Positions 9,579 to 19,292 of a DNA stretch of 63,892 bases are shown piece after piece. This DNA is from a virus (taxonomy: Duplodnaviria; Caudoviricetes). Below the pieces are notes generated by a model. It did not search any database. It saw only the letters and a list, made by a program, of their open reading frames with translations, and was not told where the DNA came from. Position numbers and translations under genes: made by a program. The stretch lies in the IMG/VR virus record IMGVR_UViG_3300046167_000699, positions 1-63,892 of that record; one strand, given 5' to 3'. Every line of letters begins with the position of its first letter. Position 1 is the first letter of the stretch.

Positions 9579-10061
9579 ATGAAAAAGAAATATAGTAGAA
9601 AGAAAGGACCAGTGAGAGCAAAGAAGGTATCGTATGACGGTATCAACTTTGCCTCAGGGCTTGAAAAGTATATGTACATGGCTTTACGAAAAGCTAAAAT
9701 AGCAGCATTATATGAAGGAGAAACATTCGAATTGCAACAAGCATTTGATTTCCCATTTGAAAGTTACGAGCGCACGGGGAACGGTAAGGGCGAATTTACT
9801 AATAGAGGAAATAAGAAAATCCTCAACATTAAGTACACCCCCGATTTCGTAGGCAAGCACTTTATCATTGAGACTAAAGGACGAGCTAACGAATCATTCC
9901 CAATGCGCTGGAAGCTGTTCAAAAAGCATATAGCTGAAAACAAACTAGAGCCGTTCACATTGTATAAACCACAAAATCAGAAAGAATGCGACGAGACAAT
10001 TCAACTGATCCTGGAGAAACAAAAGCAGTCGCCAGGAAAAAGTACGCAGAGCGAAAGATAG
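9579..10061 (+). CDS. T7 endonuclease I-like Holliday junction resolvase
   Basis: FASGLE..YTPDF..IIETKG PD-(D/E)XK motif. Confidence 0.75.
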   Translation: MKKKYSRKKGPVRAKKVSYDGINFASGLEKYMYMALRKAKIAALYEGETFELQQAFDFPFESYERTGNGKGEFTNRGNKKILNIKYTPDFVGKHFIIETKGRANESFPMRWKLFKKHIAENKLEPFTLYKPQNQKECDETIQLILEKQKQSPGKSTQSER

Positions 10062-10153
10062 AAAAATGGATTAAGTGGTCGTGGGATGTACGCGGCAGAG
10101 TAATTTATAAAGAACTAATAGAACAAATAAACAAATATGAGCGAAAAGAGTAA
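9986..10153 (+). CDS. Small hypothetical protein (55 aa)
   Basis: ORF MRRDNSTDPGE...KWIKWSW...; fills the gap; start uncertain. Confidence 0.4.
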   Translation: MRRDNSTDPGETKAVARKKYAERKIEKWIKWSWDVRGRVIYKELIEQINKYERKE

Positions 10154-10283
10154 AGGTTGGGCTATCTCAATAGGTTTTTATCCGGGTGTCTTAATAGGCG
10201 CCCGAACTTACCACGCAGAAGATATGACGTCGCACGTGTTCTATCTGCCGTTTTTTGATGTTGCATTTCAAATAGAACGCTAA
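10137..10283 (+). CDS. Small hypothetical protein (48 aa, MSEKSKGWAISIGFYPG...)
   Basis: Stop overlaps the nrdB start (TAATG). Confidence 0.6.
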   Translation: MSEKSKGWAISIGFYPGVLIGARTYHAEDMTSHVFYLPFFDVAFQIER

Positions 10284-11251
10284 TGGGGTTATTTAACGAA
10301 CGAGTAGCGTACAAACCTTTTGAATATCCAGAATATTACACGGAAGGTTGGCTAAAGCAAGCGCAGGCATTTTGGCTGCACACTGAAATATCAATGCAAA
10401 GCGACATTAAAGACTGGAACGAGAAGCTTACACCTGAGGAAAAAAACTTAGTAGGTAACATACTTTTAGGTTTTGCACAAACAGAATGTGCCGTGTCTGA
10501 TTATTGGACACAAAAAGTTGTTGGCTGGTTCCCAAAGCACGAAATACAGCAAATGGCCATGATGTTCGGCTCGCAAGAAACAGTCCACGCAGTAGCTTAT
10601 AGTTACCTCAATGAGACGTTAGGCCTAGAAGATTATGAAGCCTTCTTACACGAGCCCGCAACAGCCTCTAGGTTTGATAATCTAGTCGCATACGATGGCA
10701 CAGATAAGTTAGGCATAGCTAAATCATTAGCTGTGTTCAGTGCATTCGCGGAAGGCGTTAGTCTATACTCGGCTTTTGCTGTTTTGTATTCTTTTCAACT
10801 GCGCAATTTACTTAAGGGTATTGGGCAGCAAATGAAGTGGAGTGTAAGAGACGAGTCATTGCACAGCAAGATGGGGTGTCAATTGTTTCGCCATATGTGC
10901 GAAGAAGACGCTGAATTAATGGAACAATGCCGGAAAGATGTTATTGATGCCGCATCCACTATGATAAAACTTGAAGAAGATTATATAGATAAGATGTTTG
11001 AGGCTGGTGATATTGAAGGCATAGCCGCTGAAGATTTAAAGAATTTTATTAAAAAGAGAACAAATGAAAAGCTTGTTGAGCTTGGTTATATTGACCTTGG
11101 CAATTATTTCCCTTATGTGGAAGGATCGGCCAAAAAATTAGATTGGTTTTACCATTTAACAGGTGGTGTAACACACACTGATTTCTTTGCGATCAGACCG
11201 ACAGACTATTCTAAAGCTAACGAAGGAGAAGATTTTGAAGACATATGGTAG
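10283..11251 (+). CDS. nrdB: Ribonucleotide reductase class I beta subunit
   Basis: QAFW.HTEI, ETVHAVAY, AEGVSLYSAF, VRDESLH, DFF. Confidence 0.95.
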   Translation: MGLFNERVAYKPFEYPEYYTEGWLKQAQAFWLHTEISMQSDIKDWNEKLTPEEKNLVGNILLGFAQTECAVSDYWTQKVVGWFPKHEIQQMAMMFGSQETVHAVAYSYLNETLGLEDYEAFLHEPATASRFDNLVAYDGTDKLGIAKSLAVFSAFAEGVSLYSAFAVLYSFQLRNLLKGIGQQMKWSVRDESLHSKMGCQLFRHMCEEDAELMEQCRKDVIDAASTMIKLEEDYIDKMFEAGDIEGIAAEDLKNFIKKRTNEKLVELGYIDLGNYFPYVEGSAKKLDWFYHLTGGVTHTDFFAIRPTDYSKANEGEDFEDIW

Positions 11252-12972
11252 AGACTTGGAATAACGAATGGATCAAAGGAACAGACTACCCTGCATGGGG
11301 TGATACTGAAGTATACAGAAAAACAATCTCTGGTGGGTACTTGCTGCAAGGCGAGACCCCAAGAGATGCTTACGAACGTGTAGCTAAAACAGTTGCGCGA
11401 AGATTATATAAGCCAGAACTTGCAGATGTATTTTTTGATTACATATGGAAAGGTTGGCTTAACCTGGCTTCTCCTGTACTTTCAAATACCGGTACCGACA
11501 GAGGCTTACCGATTAGTTGCTTTGGAATTGATGTCGCGGATAGTATCCAAGATATCGGCTCTAAGAACCTAGAAATGATGTTGCTAGCAAAACACGGTGG
11601 CGGTGTGGGTGTTGGCATTAATATGATAAGACCCGCTGGAGCTAAAATTACAGGAAATGGAACATCAGACGGAGTCGTACCTTTTTGCAAAATCTATGAC
11701 TCAACAATCCTTGCAACTAATCAAGGATCTGTTAGAAGAGGAGCAGCATCAGTTAACATCAACATTGAACACCCTGATTTCGAAGAGTGGTTGGAAATCA
11801 GAGAACCGAAGGGCGATGTTAACCGACAATCGCTTAATCTCCATCAGTGCGCAATTGTTGGTGATAAGTTTATGCGACGACTTGAACAAGGCGATAAAGA
11901 AGCGAGAACTCGATGGAGTAAACTTCTTAGAAAGCGAAAAGCAACTGGAGAACCGTACATTATGTTTAAAGGGAACGTTAATAAGAACAATCCGGAAGCA
12001 TATAAGTCAAATGGTTTAAAAGTACATATGACAAACATATGTAGTGAGATTACACTGCATACAGACGAGTCACACAGCTTTGTATGTTGTTTGAGTTCGC
12101 TTAACCTGTCTAAGTACGACGAATGGAAAGGCACTGATCTTATTTACCATGCTACATGGTTTTTAGATGGTGTTATGGAAGAATTTATACAACGAGCAAA
12201 AGGCTTGCGTGGTTTTGAAAATGCAATACGCTCAGCAGTTAAGGGCAGACCATTGGGTCTTGGCGTCTTAGGCTGGCATACTTATTTGCAAGACAGAGGC
12301 ATACCTTTTGAAGGATTATCAGCACAATATGAAACAAGAAAAATATTCTCTCAAATCAAAATTGAAAGCGAACGCGCTTCAAGGGACCTGGCCGATGTCT
12401 ATGGTGAACCTCTTTGGTGTGTCGGCACTGGGATGCGTAACACTCATCTTAGGGCTATTGCTCCTACCGTTAGTAATAGTAAACTGGCTGGGAACGTTTC
12501 TCCAGGTATTGAGCCGTGGGCCGCAAACGTATTTACAGAACAAAGTGCTAAGGGTACTTTCATACGTAGAAACCCTGTTCTTGAAAGTGTTTTAGAAGAT
12601 AATGAGATAAACACTGAAAAGATCTGGAATCAAATCCTAGCCGACGGTGGCTCAGTGCAGAACATCGAAGAACTCGATGGATTGTTAATGGGTGATTGGG
12701 ACGAGCCAGTTAAGAACGTGTTTAAAACGTTTAAAGAAATTAACCAACTGGAATTAGTAAGGCAAGCCGGAATACGGCAGCAGTACATTGACCAATCGGT
12801 TAGTTTAAATCTAGCCTTCCCTTCTGAAGCTACTCCAAAGTGGATTAACAAAGTTCATATGGAAGCTTGGAAGCAAGGTGTCAAAACCTTGTATTATACG
12901 AGGACGGAATCAGTGCTGCGTGGCGATTTAGCCGCTGCTGCAATGGATGATTGCGTTGCCTGTGATGGTTAA
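11245..12972 (+). CDS. nrdA: Ribonucleotide reductase class I alpha subunit (no ATP-cone)
   Basis: SPVLSN, ISCF, GGGVG, TNICSEI, AIAPT, DQSVSLN, KTLYY, C-terminal CVACDG. Confidence 0.95.
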   Translation: MVETWNNEWIKGTDYPAWGDTEVYRKTISGGYLLQGETPRDAYERVAKTVARRLYKPELADVFFDYIWKGWLNLASPVLSNTGTDRGLPISCFGIDVADSIQDIGSKNLEMMLLAKHGGGVGVGINMIRPAGAKITGNGTSDGVVPFCKIYDSTILATNQGSVRRGAASVNINIEHPDFEEWLEIREPKGDVNRQSLNLHQCAIVGDKFMRRLEQGDKEARTRWSKLLRKRKATGEPYIMFKGNVNKNNPEAYKSNGLKVHMTNICSEITLHTDESHSFVCCLSSLNLSKYDEWKGTDLIYHATWFLDGVMEEFIQRAKGLRGFENAIRSAVKGRPLGLGVLGWHTYLQDRGIPFEGLSAQYETRKIFSQIKIESERASRDLADVYGEPLWCVGTGMRNTHLRAIAPTVSNSKLAGNVSPGIEPWAANVFTEQSAKGTFIRRNPVLESVLEDNEINTEKIWNQILADGGSVQNIEELDGLLMGDWDEPVKNVFKTFKEINQLELVRQAGIRQQYIDQSVSLNLAFPSEATPKWINKVHMEAWKQGVKTLYYTRTESVLRGDLAAAAMDDCVACDG

Positions 12973-12976
12973 AAAA

Positions 12977-13010
12977 ATAAAGGGGATCCAGTAACGGGTC
13001 CCCTTTTATT
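12977..13010. terminator. Bidirectional intrinsic terminator at the convergence point
   Basis: A-tract, GGGGATCC-agtaac-GGGTCCCC, then T-tract. Confidence 0.8.
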
Positions 13011-13012
13011 TA

Positions 13013-13318
13013 TTACATATTGCTAGGATTTACCCGGCGCATTCTTTTTTCCGCCGCCGCTTCAGCTATTGATACAGCTTCTTTAAACCCTGGTTGTCCT
13101 TGTGATATTTTAGCACCTCCAGCTTTTTTAAACTCTTCCGCTTTCATGCTACGGCGAAGAGAATCACTGTCTTTACCAGCTGCCCGCTTTTCAGCGACCA
13201 TCGCAGCTTTTTCTTTGTTACTTTTAGTATCGGCTTTTTTAGCTACTGATTTAGCGCCGTACATTTTTCCCACCGCTTTAGGTGCCCCTAAATTATTAGG
13301 TCCAATTCCTTTTCTCAT
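13013..13318 (-). CDS. Basic Lys/Ala-rich hypothetical protein
   Basis: ORF in the late block; contains KSVAKK. Confidence 0.65.
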   Translation of the reverse strand: MRKGIGPNNLGAPKAVGKMYGAKSVAKKADTKSNKEKAAMVAEKRAAGKDSDSLRRSMKAEEFKKAGGAKISQGQPGFKEAVSIAEAAAEKRMRRVNPSNM

Positions 13319-13328
13319 TTTGTTGTTT

Positions 13329-13757
13329 TTATATTGTTAATTTAATGCCTACGTTTAAGTAACTAAGGTCTTTGTTTATTTGCAATACTCTCGCTATAAA
13401 CCAAACTGGTTTATAAATCCTCACACTACCACCCCATTGCCCTAAAAGCAAACTAGGATTATTATTTATTCTATGTAAGCTACCTAATGATAGGTTCAAG
13501 CTTTTATTTAGTTTAAAGTTGTAGCTAGTAAAAATATAAGCAGTGTTGTGATGACCCTCCCCCATTATGTGTGTACCCACCTCGAACGATTTGTATTCCA
13601 TGCTTGCCGCTATCGCCGCTGCGTGAAAACAGCTAGCCCAAGCTATGTTGTACTTAACGTCATTGTTGTATTCCCAATTGGTAACTTTGTGGTAAGGAGG
13701 GCATTCTTGCCCTAATAGCGCTGTGCTAAAAAGCAAAGCAGCTAAAAGTTTAAGCAT
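13329..13757 (-). CDS. Exported small beta-strand/OMP-like protein
   Basis: Signal peptide MLKLLAALLFSTALLG; amphipathic beta strands; ends YLNVGIKLTI. Confidence 0.55.
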   Translation of the reverse strand: MLKLLAALLFSTALLGQECPPYHKVTNWEYNNDVKYNIAWASCFHAAAIAASMEYKSFEVGTHIMGEGHHNTAYIFTSYNFKLNKSLNLSLGSLHRINNNPSLLLGQWGGSVRIYKPVWFIARVLQINKDLSYLNVGIKLTI

Positions 13758-16599
13758 AAATCATTTGGTTTGAACCAAGAACTGTTAAACCTTTAACGCC
13801 GCCTATTACGTTGACTTGGAATTTAATTATAGCTGTATCGTTAGTGCCTAAGCTTATTACATTTATAGTTGTACCTTCGATTTCAACAATAGATCTTGTT
13901 TTCAGAAAAGTGCTATTGCCATCGCGCACTACATAAGCAGGAATCATGTTAGCACCAGCCGTACTAGACCTATTCAGTTCAACAATAATTTCTTGACCAG
14001 GCGTTGCGACAGCTGGCGGTGCCATTCTAAACCTATTAGTCGTGCTCCCGGAGGCATTAGTGACTGACAATCTATTGTATCCCCCTGATAATGCATGTTC
14101 ATAATCCGCTGTGAATGTGAAGGCATCTGTTGTAGTGGTTAATATTACATAAGTAGCATTCCCGCTAACAAATACTAGGTCAAATCTTACATAACCTGTT
14201 TCGTTAGTTCTTGATTTAATAGTGTACGTAAGGATACCGCTTGCGCCACCACCCACTTGGTTAAGAGTAATTGTTCCACCAACAGCCATGTTCTGGAGCG
14301 CCAGGGCGTTATTTGTTCCGTCAAGTTGGTTATTAGCAACGGTAATTTCCTGCACATTTTGCGCCTCAGCTGAAGTCACGTAGCGAACTCTAACTTTTCC
14401 ATTGCCACTAGGGGCTCCAATTGATCCGCTACTTACACTTTCAACACTATATTGATTAGCCACTGGATTTAAGTTTGTATTGTAAGATATGTTAGTTGCA
14501 CTTGCTGGCCGAGAAAAAGCATTTTCTATAACATAACCGTTAGCATCAACAGCAAGAGAAGATACAGGTGCACCTGAAAAAGGAGCGCTTGACCCATATT
14601 TGTTTAAGCGCAATTGGCCGTTGTTAGCTATTTCTAACTTAGTGTCGGCAACCGTACTGTTAACAGAGGTTGTTTCAATCTCTAATCTTGAAGGGCTGCT
14701 GCTTGGATTGAAACTGCCGTCAGCTACAAATTTTATTTTACCAACTTCTGTTGAAGAATAATACGACTCAATCTCAGATAATAAAGCACCCGAGAATGGG
14801 GTAGTCTGCTGAGCGCTAGCAAGCTTTAAGGAAGGTTGGTTAACAACACCTGCAATGGTTAAAGTGTTTGTGGATGTTGCGTAGTTAAATTCACCTTCTG
14901 CAGCAAAAGCACCGTTACTATTAAATTGTACATCGCCGTTTGATCCAGCTGCTGGAGTAACGTATTGTGGTATATTTAAATTGTTATTTGATAATGTAGC
15001 CGCTCCACTGGTTCCTGTGGTTGTTAAATTTATATTTGTAGGTATTGTGTTTAATGCTGCTAACGCGCCTAATCCATTTACATATTGCGCGCCAGTTCCA
15101 GCGCCTGAAATAGCTATTGTGCCTTGACTTGTTATAGGTGAATTAGAAACGGTAAAGGCTGAAGGCATTGACACGCCTACGCTTTGCACAGCGACGCCTA
15201 AGTATTCCGGTATATTTAATGTTCCAGTAGTGCTGTTAAACTGAGCAGCCCCGGATGTACCGTTAGTGGTTAAAATTATCGCATCTGCCCATTGGTTGTC
15301 GCCACGCAGGAAGTTACCAGCGTCAGGAGTTTGCCCTGTTGCGTTTAATGACGCAGTAATCACAGGTGTTGTGTCTGGGTCAGCTGTAATTACCCGTATA
15401 AATGCGGTTTGACCACCGGTTACTTCGGTTACTGTACCGCTGCCCGCTGGTGTTGCCCATGTATTATCACCTCTTAAGAAAGATGTTGCACTAGGTGTTC
15501 CTGTAGCGCTTAAATCATAAGTTAAATCACCAGTGGCAGTAATGTCTGCACTTGAACTGCTTATAAATGTTCCGTTCAGAGCCCCTACTCTTGTAACCGT
15601 TCCACCCCCGGGGTTTGACGAGTAGTTGGGTACATTCAATACCCCTCCAGCAAGTGTAGCTGGGCCAGTAGTGCCTGTGGTGGTTAATGTTATGCTTGAC
15701 CCAGAATAATCCGGTATGTTTAGTACATTATTGGCAAGAGTCGCAACACCGCTACTATTGTTGGTTGTTATTGCTGTTATAACAGGTAACACTAAGGTAC
15801 CATCTCCGGCGACAAGTCTAGTATTGTCAGGACCCTGCCATGCAATGCTTATATTAGGATTAACAGTGCTATTTGCTACAGTAACGTCAAGTGCGCTAGT
15901 ATTCGGAATGACTTCCGCAGTCACCTCAGTTACTGTGCCACTGCCCGCAGGTGTTGCCCACGTGTTGTCACCTCTTAAATATGTGGTTGAGCTAGGTGTT
16001 CCCGTAGCTGACAAGTCTATCGCACCCGTAGTAACAGCGCCTGTTGCACCGCTATTAGAAACCGCAGCGCTTACAAATTGTCCGTTAACATTGGTAAAAG
16101 AAGTAACTCCCGCGCCACCACCACCACCACCGGTGGAAGCTATTGTAAATGTATTACTACCGTTATCAGTAAGGGTAATGTGATTACCAGCCTGTATAGT
16201 CACAACATCGTTGCTACCGTCTGACCCGGTTAGTGCCATATTTATATTTCCGGCCGCGCCTACAGCACCGTAGTCGTAGCTAGGGTTGCTAGTAAAACCA
16301 TCTGGGTTTGCAGCATCATAAGGCGTAAACCCTAATCCGGATGTTATATCACCGCTAGTCAAAGCTAAGGTTCCACCTAGTGTTAAATTACCAGAAGATG
16401 TTACCGTTCCTGTTAAGGTTAAACCGCTAACTGTTCCAGTACCGGAAACACTGGTTACAACGCCGGTGCCTAATACATAAGCTTTAACGTCGCTTAACTT
16501 AAAATTAACCGTGTCTAAAGAGTTATCCGCGTTAGAGCCCAGTATTAAATCAGTATCTGATAGTACTGTATCTACAATGTAAGTCTGTATTCTTGCCAT
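13750..16599 (-). CDS. Tail fibre / receptor-binding protein with internal repeats
   Basis: G/T/S-rich; repeats of LSATGTPS.TT.LRGDNTWATP and LTTTGTSGAATL...LNIP.Y. Confidence 0.8.
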   Translation of the reverse strand: MARIQTYIVDTVLSDTDLILGSNADNSLDTVNFKLSDVKAYVLGTGVVTSVSGTGTVSGLTLTGTVTSSGNLTLGGTLALTSGDITSGLGFTPYDAANPDGFTSNPSYDYGAVGAAGNINMALTGSDGSNDVVTIQAGNHITLTDNGSNTFTIASTGGGGGGAGVTSFTNVNGQFVSAAVSNSGATGAVTTGAIDLSATGTPSSTTYLRGDNTWATPAGSGTVTEVTAEVIPNTSALDVTVANSTVNPNISIAWQGPDNTRLVAGDGTLVLPVITAITTNNSSGVATLANNVLNIPDYSGSSITLTTTGTTGPATLAGGVLNVPNYSSNPGGGTVTRVGALNGTFISSSSADITATGDLTYDLSATGTPSATSFLRGDNTWATPAGSGTVTEVTGGQTAFIRVITADPDTTPVITASLNATGQTPDAGNFLRGDNQWADAIILTTNGTSGAAQFNSTTGTLNIPEYLGVAVQSVGVSMPSAFTVSNSPITSQGTIAISGAGTGAQYVNGLGALAALNTIPTNINLTTTGTSGAATLSNNNLNIPQYVTPAAGSNGDVQFNSNGAFAAEGEFNYATSTNTLTIAGVVNQPSLKLASAQQTTPFSGALLSEIESYYSSTEVGKIKFVADGSFNPSSSPSRLEIETTSVNSTVADTKLEIANNGQLRLNKYGSSAPFSGAPVSSLAVDANGYVIENAFSRPASATNISYNTNLNPVANQYSVESVSSGSIGAPSGNGKVRVRYVTSAEAQNVQEITVANNQLDGTNNALALQNMAVGGTITLNQVGGGASGILTYTIKSRTNETGYVRFDLVFVSGNATYVILTTTTDAFTFTADYEHALSGGYNRLSVTNASGSTTNRFRMAPPAVATPGQEIIVELNRSSTAGANMIPAYVVRDGNSTFLKTRSIVEIEGTTINVISLGTNDTAIIKFQVNVIGGVKGLTVLGSNQMIYA

Positions 16600-16862
16600 T
16601 ATTTATTTTTTTTGTATCGGCTTACTCTGCCTTTAGTATTTTTTTCTTTTTGAGCTCTAGCTTTTTCCGCTGGAGTTAATTCGCTCCACGTAGCGGGCGT
16701 GTCTTTTGAAACGCGCTTAGTAGGTCTAAAAGTATTTTCCCCGCCTTCGTAGTTTTCTTTACCACTAGGTGTTTCCCATTTTTCTTTAAACCAACGTTTA
16801 AGGGCCAAACCTTCTTTAGTCTTTCTGACTTTTTTGAACGGGGAATTACTTTGCGTGTACAT
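16599..16862 (-). CDS. Small basic virion-associated protein
   Basis: NSPFKK N-terminus; LKRWFKEKW..RPTKRVSKDTP.TWSEL. Confidence 0.7.
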   Translation of the reverse strand: MYTQSNSPFKKVRKTKEGLALKRWFKEKWETPSGKENYEGGENTFRPTKRVSKDTPATWSELTPAEKARAQKEKNTKGRVSRYKKNK

Positions 16863-16993
16863 TACTTTTTCTTTTTGCCCTTATTCTTTCTGCACTTTGC
16901 AATAGCACCAGAAGCATAAGCTGAGGGGAATACATCGTATTGTGCTTTTACCTTATGATAACATGCATCTTTAAGCTTAAAGGGTGATGACAT
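16862..16993 (-). CDS. Small basic protein (43 aa, MSSPFKLKDACYHKVKAQYDVFPSAYASGAIAKCRKNKGKKKK)
   Basis: Read manually; fills the gap exactly and its stop overlaps the next start. Confidence 0.7.
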   Translation of the reverse strand: MSSPFKLKDACYHKVKAQYDVFPSAYASGAIAKCRKNKGKKKK

Positions 16994-16994
16994 T

Positions 16995-17561
16995 TTAAAC
17001 GCCATAATATCCTTTTTTGTAGTTTTTAGCTGGCGACTTAGCGTTGTACTTAGCTTTCTGCTTAGCGCGCTTTTCTTTCTTTAGCTCGCTGTAAGTTTTA
17101 TCACTAAACGGTGCTTCAAGAGCTGATGTAAACTTGTCTACAACTTTTGTGCTTTTACCCATCTCTTTATCTTTTAAAGACTTCTCGTAGGCAAATTCGC
17201 CTGCTGTGGTTTGCTTAGCTGGAGATCTTTTTGCTTCGTTTTTACGTGCAATTCTGCCCGCTTTTTCTGCCGCTGCATCGCCTGCACCCATACCTGGTTT
17301 ACTCATCCAAGAGTTTGTGTCATTTCTTAAAGCGTTGTAAGTGTAAGTTGAGTCGCTAGAAATTCTTGTTTGAGCCGCGCGCTGCGCCGCTTTCTTTTCT
17401 CCTGGAGTTTCTGGTGTACGCTTTATCTTCTGCATACTTTTTGTTTGTTTAGCTGGAGATTCTGGTGCGGCTTTAATTGCATCTTGCAAATGCTGCGGCA
17501 ACTTTCCTTGGTTACCTTTTAACGCCTTTAATACAGGCGATTTTGGATTTTGTTTATACAT
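16995..17561 (-). CDS. Basic protein with SPAK repeats
   Basis: KSPVLK, ESPAKQT, RSPAKQT, KSPAKNY. Confidence 0.7.
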   Translation of the reverse strand: MYKQNPKSPVLKALKGNQGKLPQHLQDAIKAAPESPAKQTKSMQKIKRTPETPGEKKAAQRAAQTRISSDSTYTYNALRNDTNSWMSKPGMGAGDAAAEKAGRIARKNEAKRSPAKQTTAGEFAYEKSLKDKEMGKSTKVVDKFTSALEAPFSDKTYSELKKEKRAKQKAKYNAKSPAKNYKKGYYGV

Positions 17562-17569
17562 AACTTTTA

Positions 17570-18661
17570 TTATCTAAATTGGTAATTAATACCTGCTTTG
17601 ATTTCAAAGACTTCTTTATCCCAGTATTTCATATACTCGCCTTCTGCGAATATACCCCAGTTCAATCCTATCTTGTAACCTATAACTCCACCGAAGTTGT
17701 AGTCGATCCATTGGCCTGGAATGAAATGATTTGTGTTTTCTAACTCATCAGCAAATTGCTCATATGAAAACATATGATCGCCTATTATATTAGTGTGCCA
17801 GGGCAACATACTTGCCCATGAATGAATCCAAAAGTTTTCAGTATAGTGATAGTAATCGATACCAACTATAGCTGATAACGATCCAAGAACGCCTATGCCT
17901 GCAAGTTGCTCTGCATTGTAAGCATTTACAATATCACCATATATATATTTTCTAAAATCAAGATCAGTGTCAGCTACTTTATTGCCCTCGGGATCCAGCC
18001 AATACCAATCAAAATTGTCTATTTCGTCATCATTATCGTAATCAATGCCATAATAAATATCCTCGTATCCCATATCACGAACTAAATCCCACCATGGGTT
18101 GGTAGCCAAATATTCTGCAATAGGATTGTAACCATAAGCTTGGTGCTGTCTAGCAGCAATACCTAAACTAAAATCTAGTTCGCCAACATGCAACCGGCCT
18201 CTTGCTTCTACCTGAGTATAGTTTAAATTAACTAAGCCCTGATTAAACAGTTCAGCTTTTAGCATCCAATACTTAGCAAGGTATCTAAGAAAGTAACGTT
18301 GGTTTATATAATTATTGCCTTGCTGTCTTCCACGATCAAATTGAAATAGGTACTCAAAACCTTTAACTGCACCAACGGTTGCAAATAAAGATGTAGTGGA
18401 TTGGTTATGGCCATCGTAAAAGGGGTTTTGTCTTTTTTCGTAATCGTAACGAGCAACCCGGCGAATGCCAAATGTATATCTATAATCAAACGGGTTTTCA
18501 ATGGTTATATCCATTAGGTCCCCACCTTGAGAAACAAAGTACTCTGACTGTGCTTCCATTGGCGACGCCCCGTACACACTTGTGTACAACGTGCTGTATT
18601 TTAATAATCCCTGCCCAAATGCTGAGGTTGATATAAAAAATGTTATAAGTAGATTTTTCAT
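17570..18661 (-). CDS. Putative outer-membrane beta-barrel protein
   Basis: Signal peptide MKNLLITFFISTSAFG; aromatic-rich alternating strands; C-terminal FEIKAGINYQFR resembling a beta-signal. Confidence 0.6.
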   Translation of the reverse strand: MKNLLITFFISTSAFGQGLLKYSTLYTSVYGASPMEAQSEYFVSQGGDLMDITIENPFDYRYTFGIRRVARYDYEKRQNPFYDGHNQSTTSLFATVGAVKGFEYLFQFDRGRQQGNNYINQRYFLRYLAKYWMLKAELFNQGLVNLNYTQVEARGRLHVGELDFSLGIAARQHQAYGYNPIAEYLATNPWWDLVRDMGYEDIYYGIDYDNDDEIDNFDWYWLDPEGNKVADTDLDFRKYIYGDIVNAYNAEQLAGIGVLGSLSAIVGIDYYHYTENFWIHSWASMLPWHTNIIGDHMFSYEQFADELENTNHFIPGQWIDYNFGGVIGYKIGLNWGIFAEGEYMKYWDKEVFEIKAGINYQFR

Positions 18662-18663
18662 GC

Positions 18664-19014
18664 TTAAAACTTATTAGCTCCAGTTAGCTGGTCAACTTCT
18701 TTTTGTATTTCACGGTAGTCTATATGACTCAATGATAAATTAATACCCGCTTCCCACCTGGTAATTTCTTTACCATTTTTATACAATACTAATGTAGGTA
18801 CCGATCTTATGCGCTCGTCTTGTTTTAGAGCTGCGTTGCCATCAATAGATGCTTTAAATATTTTAGCATCTTTAATTTTAACAACGTCAACATAATTGTT
18901 TGCAGAGTTGAATTCAGCATTATAATGCACTAATACTATACCTCGCTTGTTAATGGTTTCGGAAGCAAACGAGCAAAGTGTAAATGCAATTAATAAAAGG
19001 ATTGTGTTTTTCAT
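18664..19014 (-). CDS. Exported thioredoxin-fold protein lacking CxxC
   Basis: Signal peptide; VLVHYNAEFN in place of WCxxC; IRSVPTLVLYKNGKEI. Confidence 0.65.
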   Translation of the reverse strand: MKNTILLLIAFTLCSFASETINKRGIVLVHYNAEFNSANNYVDVVKIKDAKIFKASIDGNAALKQDERIRSVPTLVLYKNGKEITRWEAGINLSLSHIDYREIQKEVDQLTGANKF

Positions 19015-19015
19015 G

Positions 19016-19291
19016 TTATTTCATTTCAAATAATCTTTTTTCCATTTTATCAAGCTGCTGCTTAATATCAGCAACATCTTCTTGCGTGTTCATTATTGTT
19101 TCGCGGATTAGCTGATCCTTTAAGTCATACTCCATTCTACCAACTTCTGCTGGCGGTAATAACTTAGCTTCTTCTATGCCTGCTTGTAGGTCAAAATACC
19201 CAAGCGTAATTACCCCTACCCCAGCTATTATAGCACCTAGAGTTTTTAAAGACAATCCTACTACTGTGTTTTCCGAAATTTCTTTTGCCAT
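19016..19291 (-). CDS. Single-TM coiled-coil membrane protein (lysis-associated?)
   Basis: Hydrophobic LGAIIAGVGVITLGYF followed by a coiled coil; directly downstream of the endolysin. Confidence 0.6.
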   Translation of the reverse strand: MAKEISENTVVGLSLKTLGAIIAGVGVITLGYFDLQAGIEEAKLLPPAEVGRMEYDLKDQLIRETIMNTQEDVADIKQQLDKMEKRLFEMK

Positions 19292-19292
19292 G

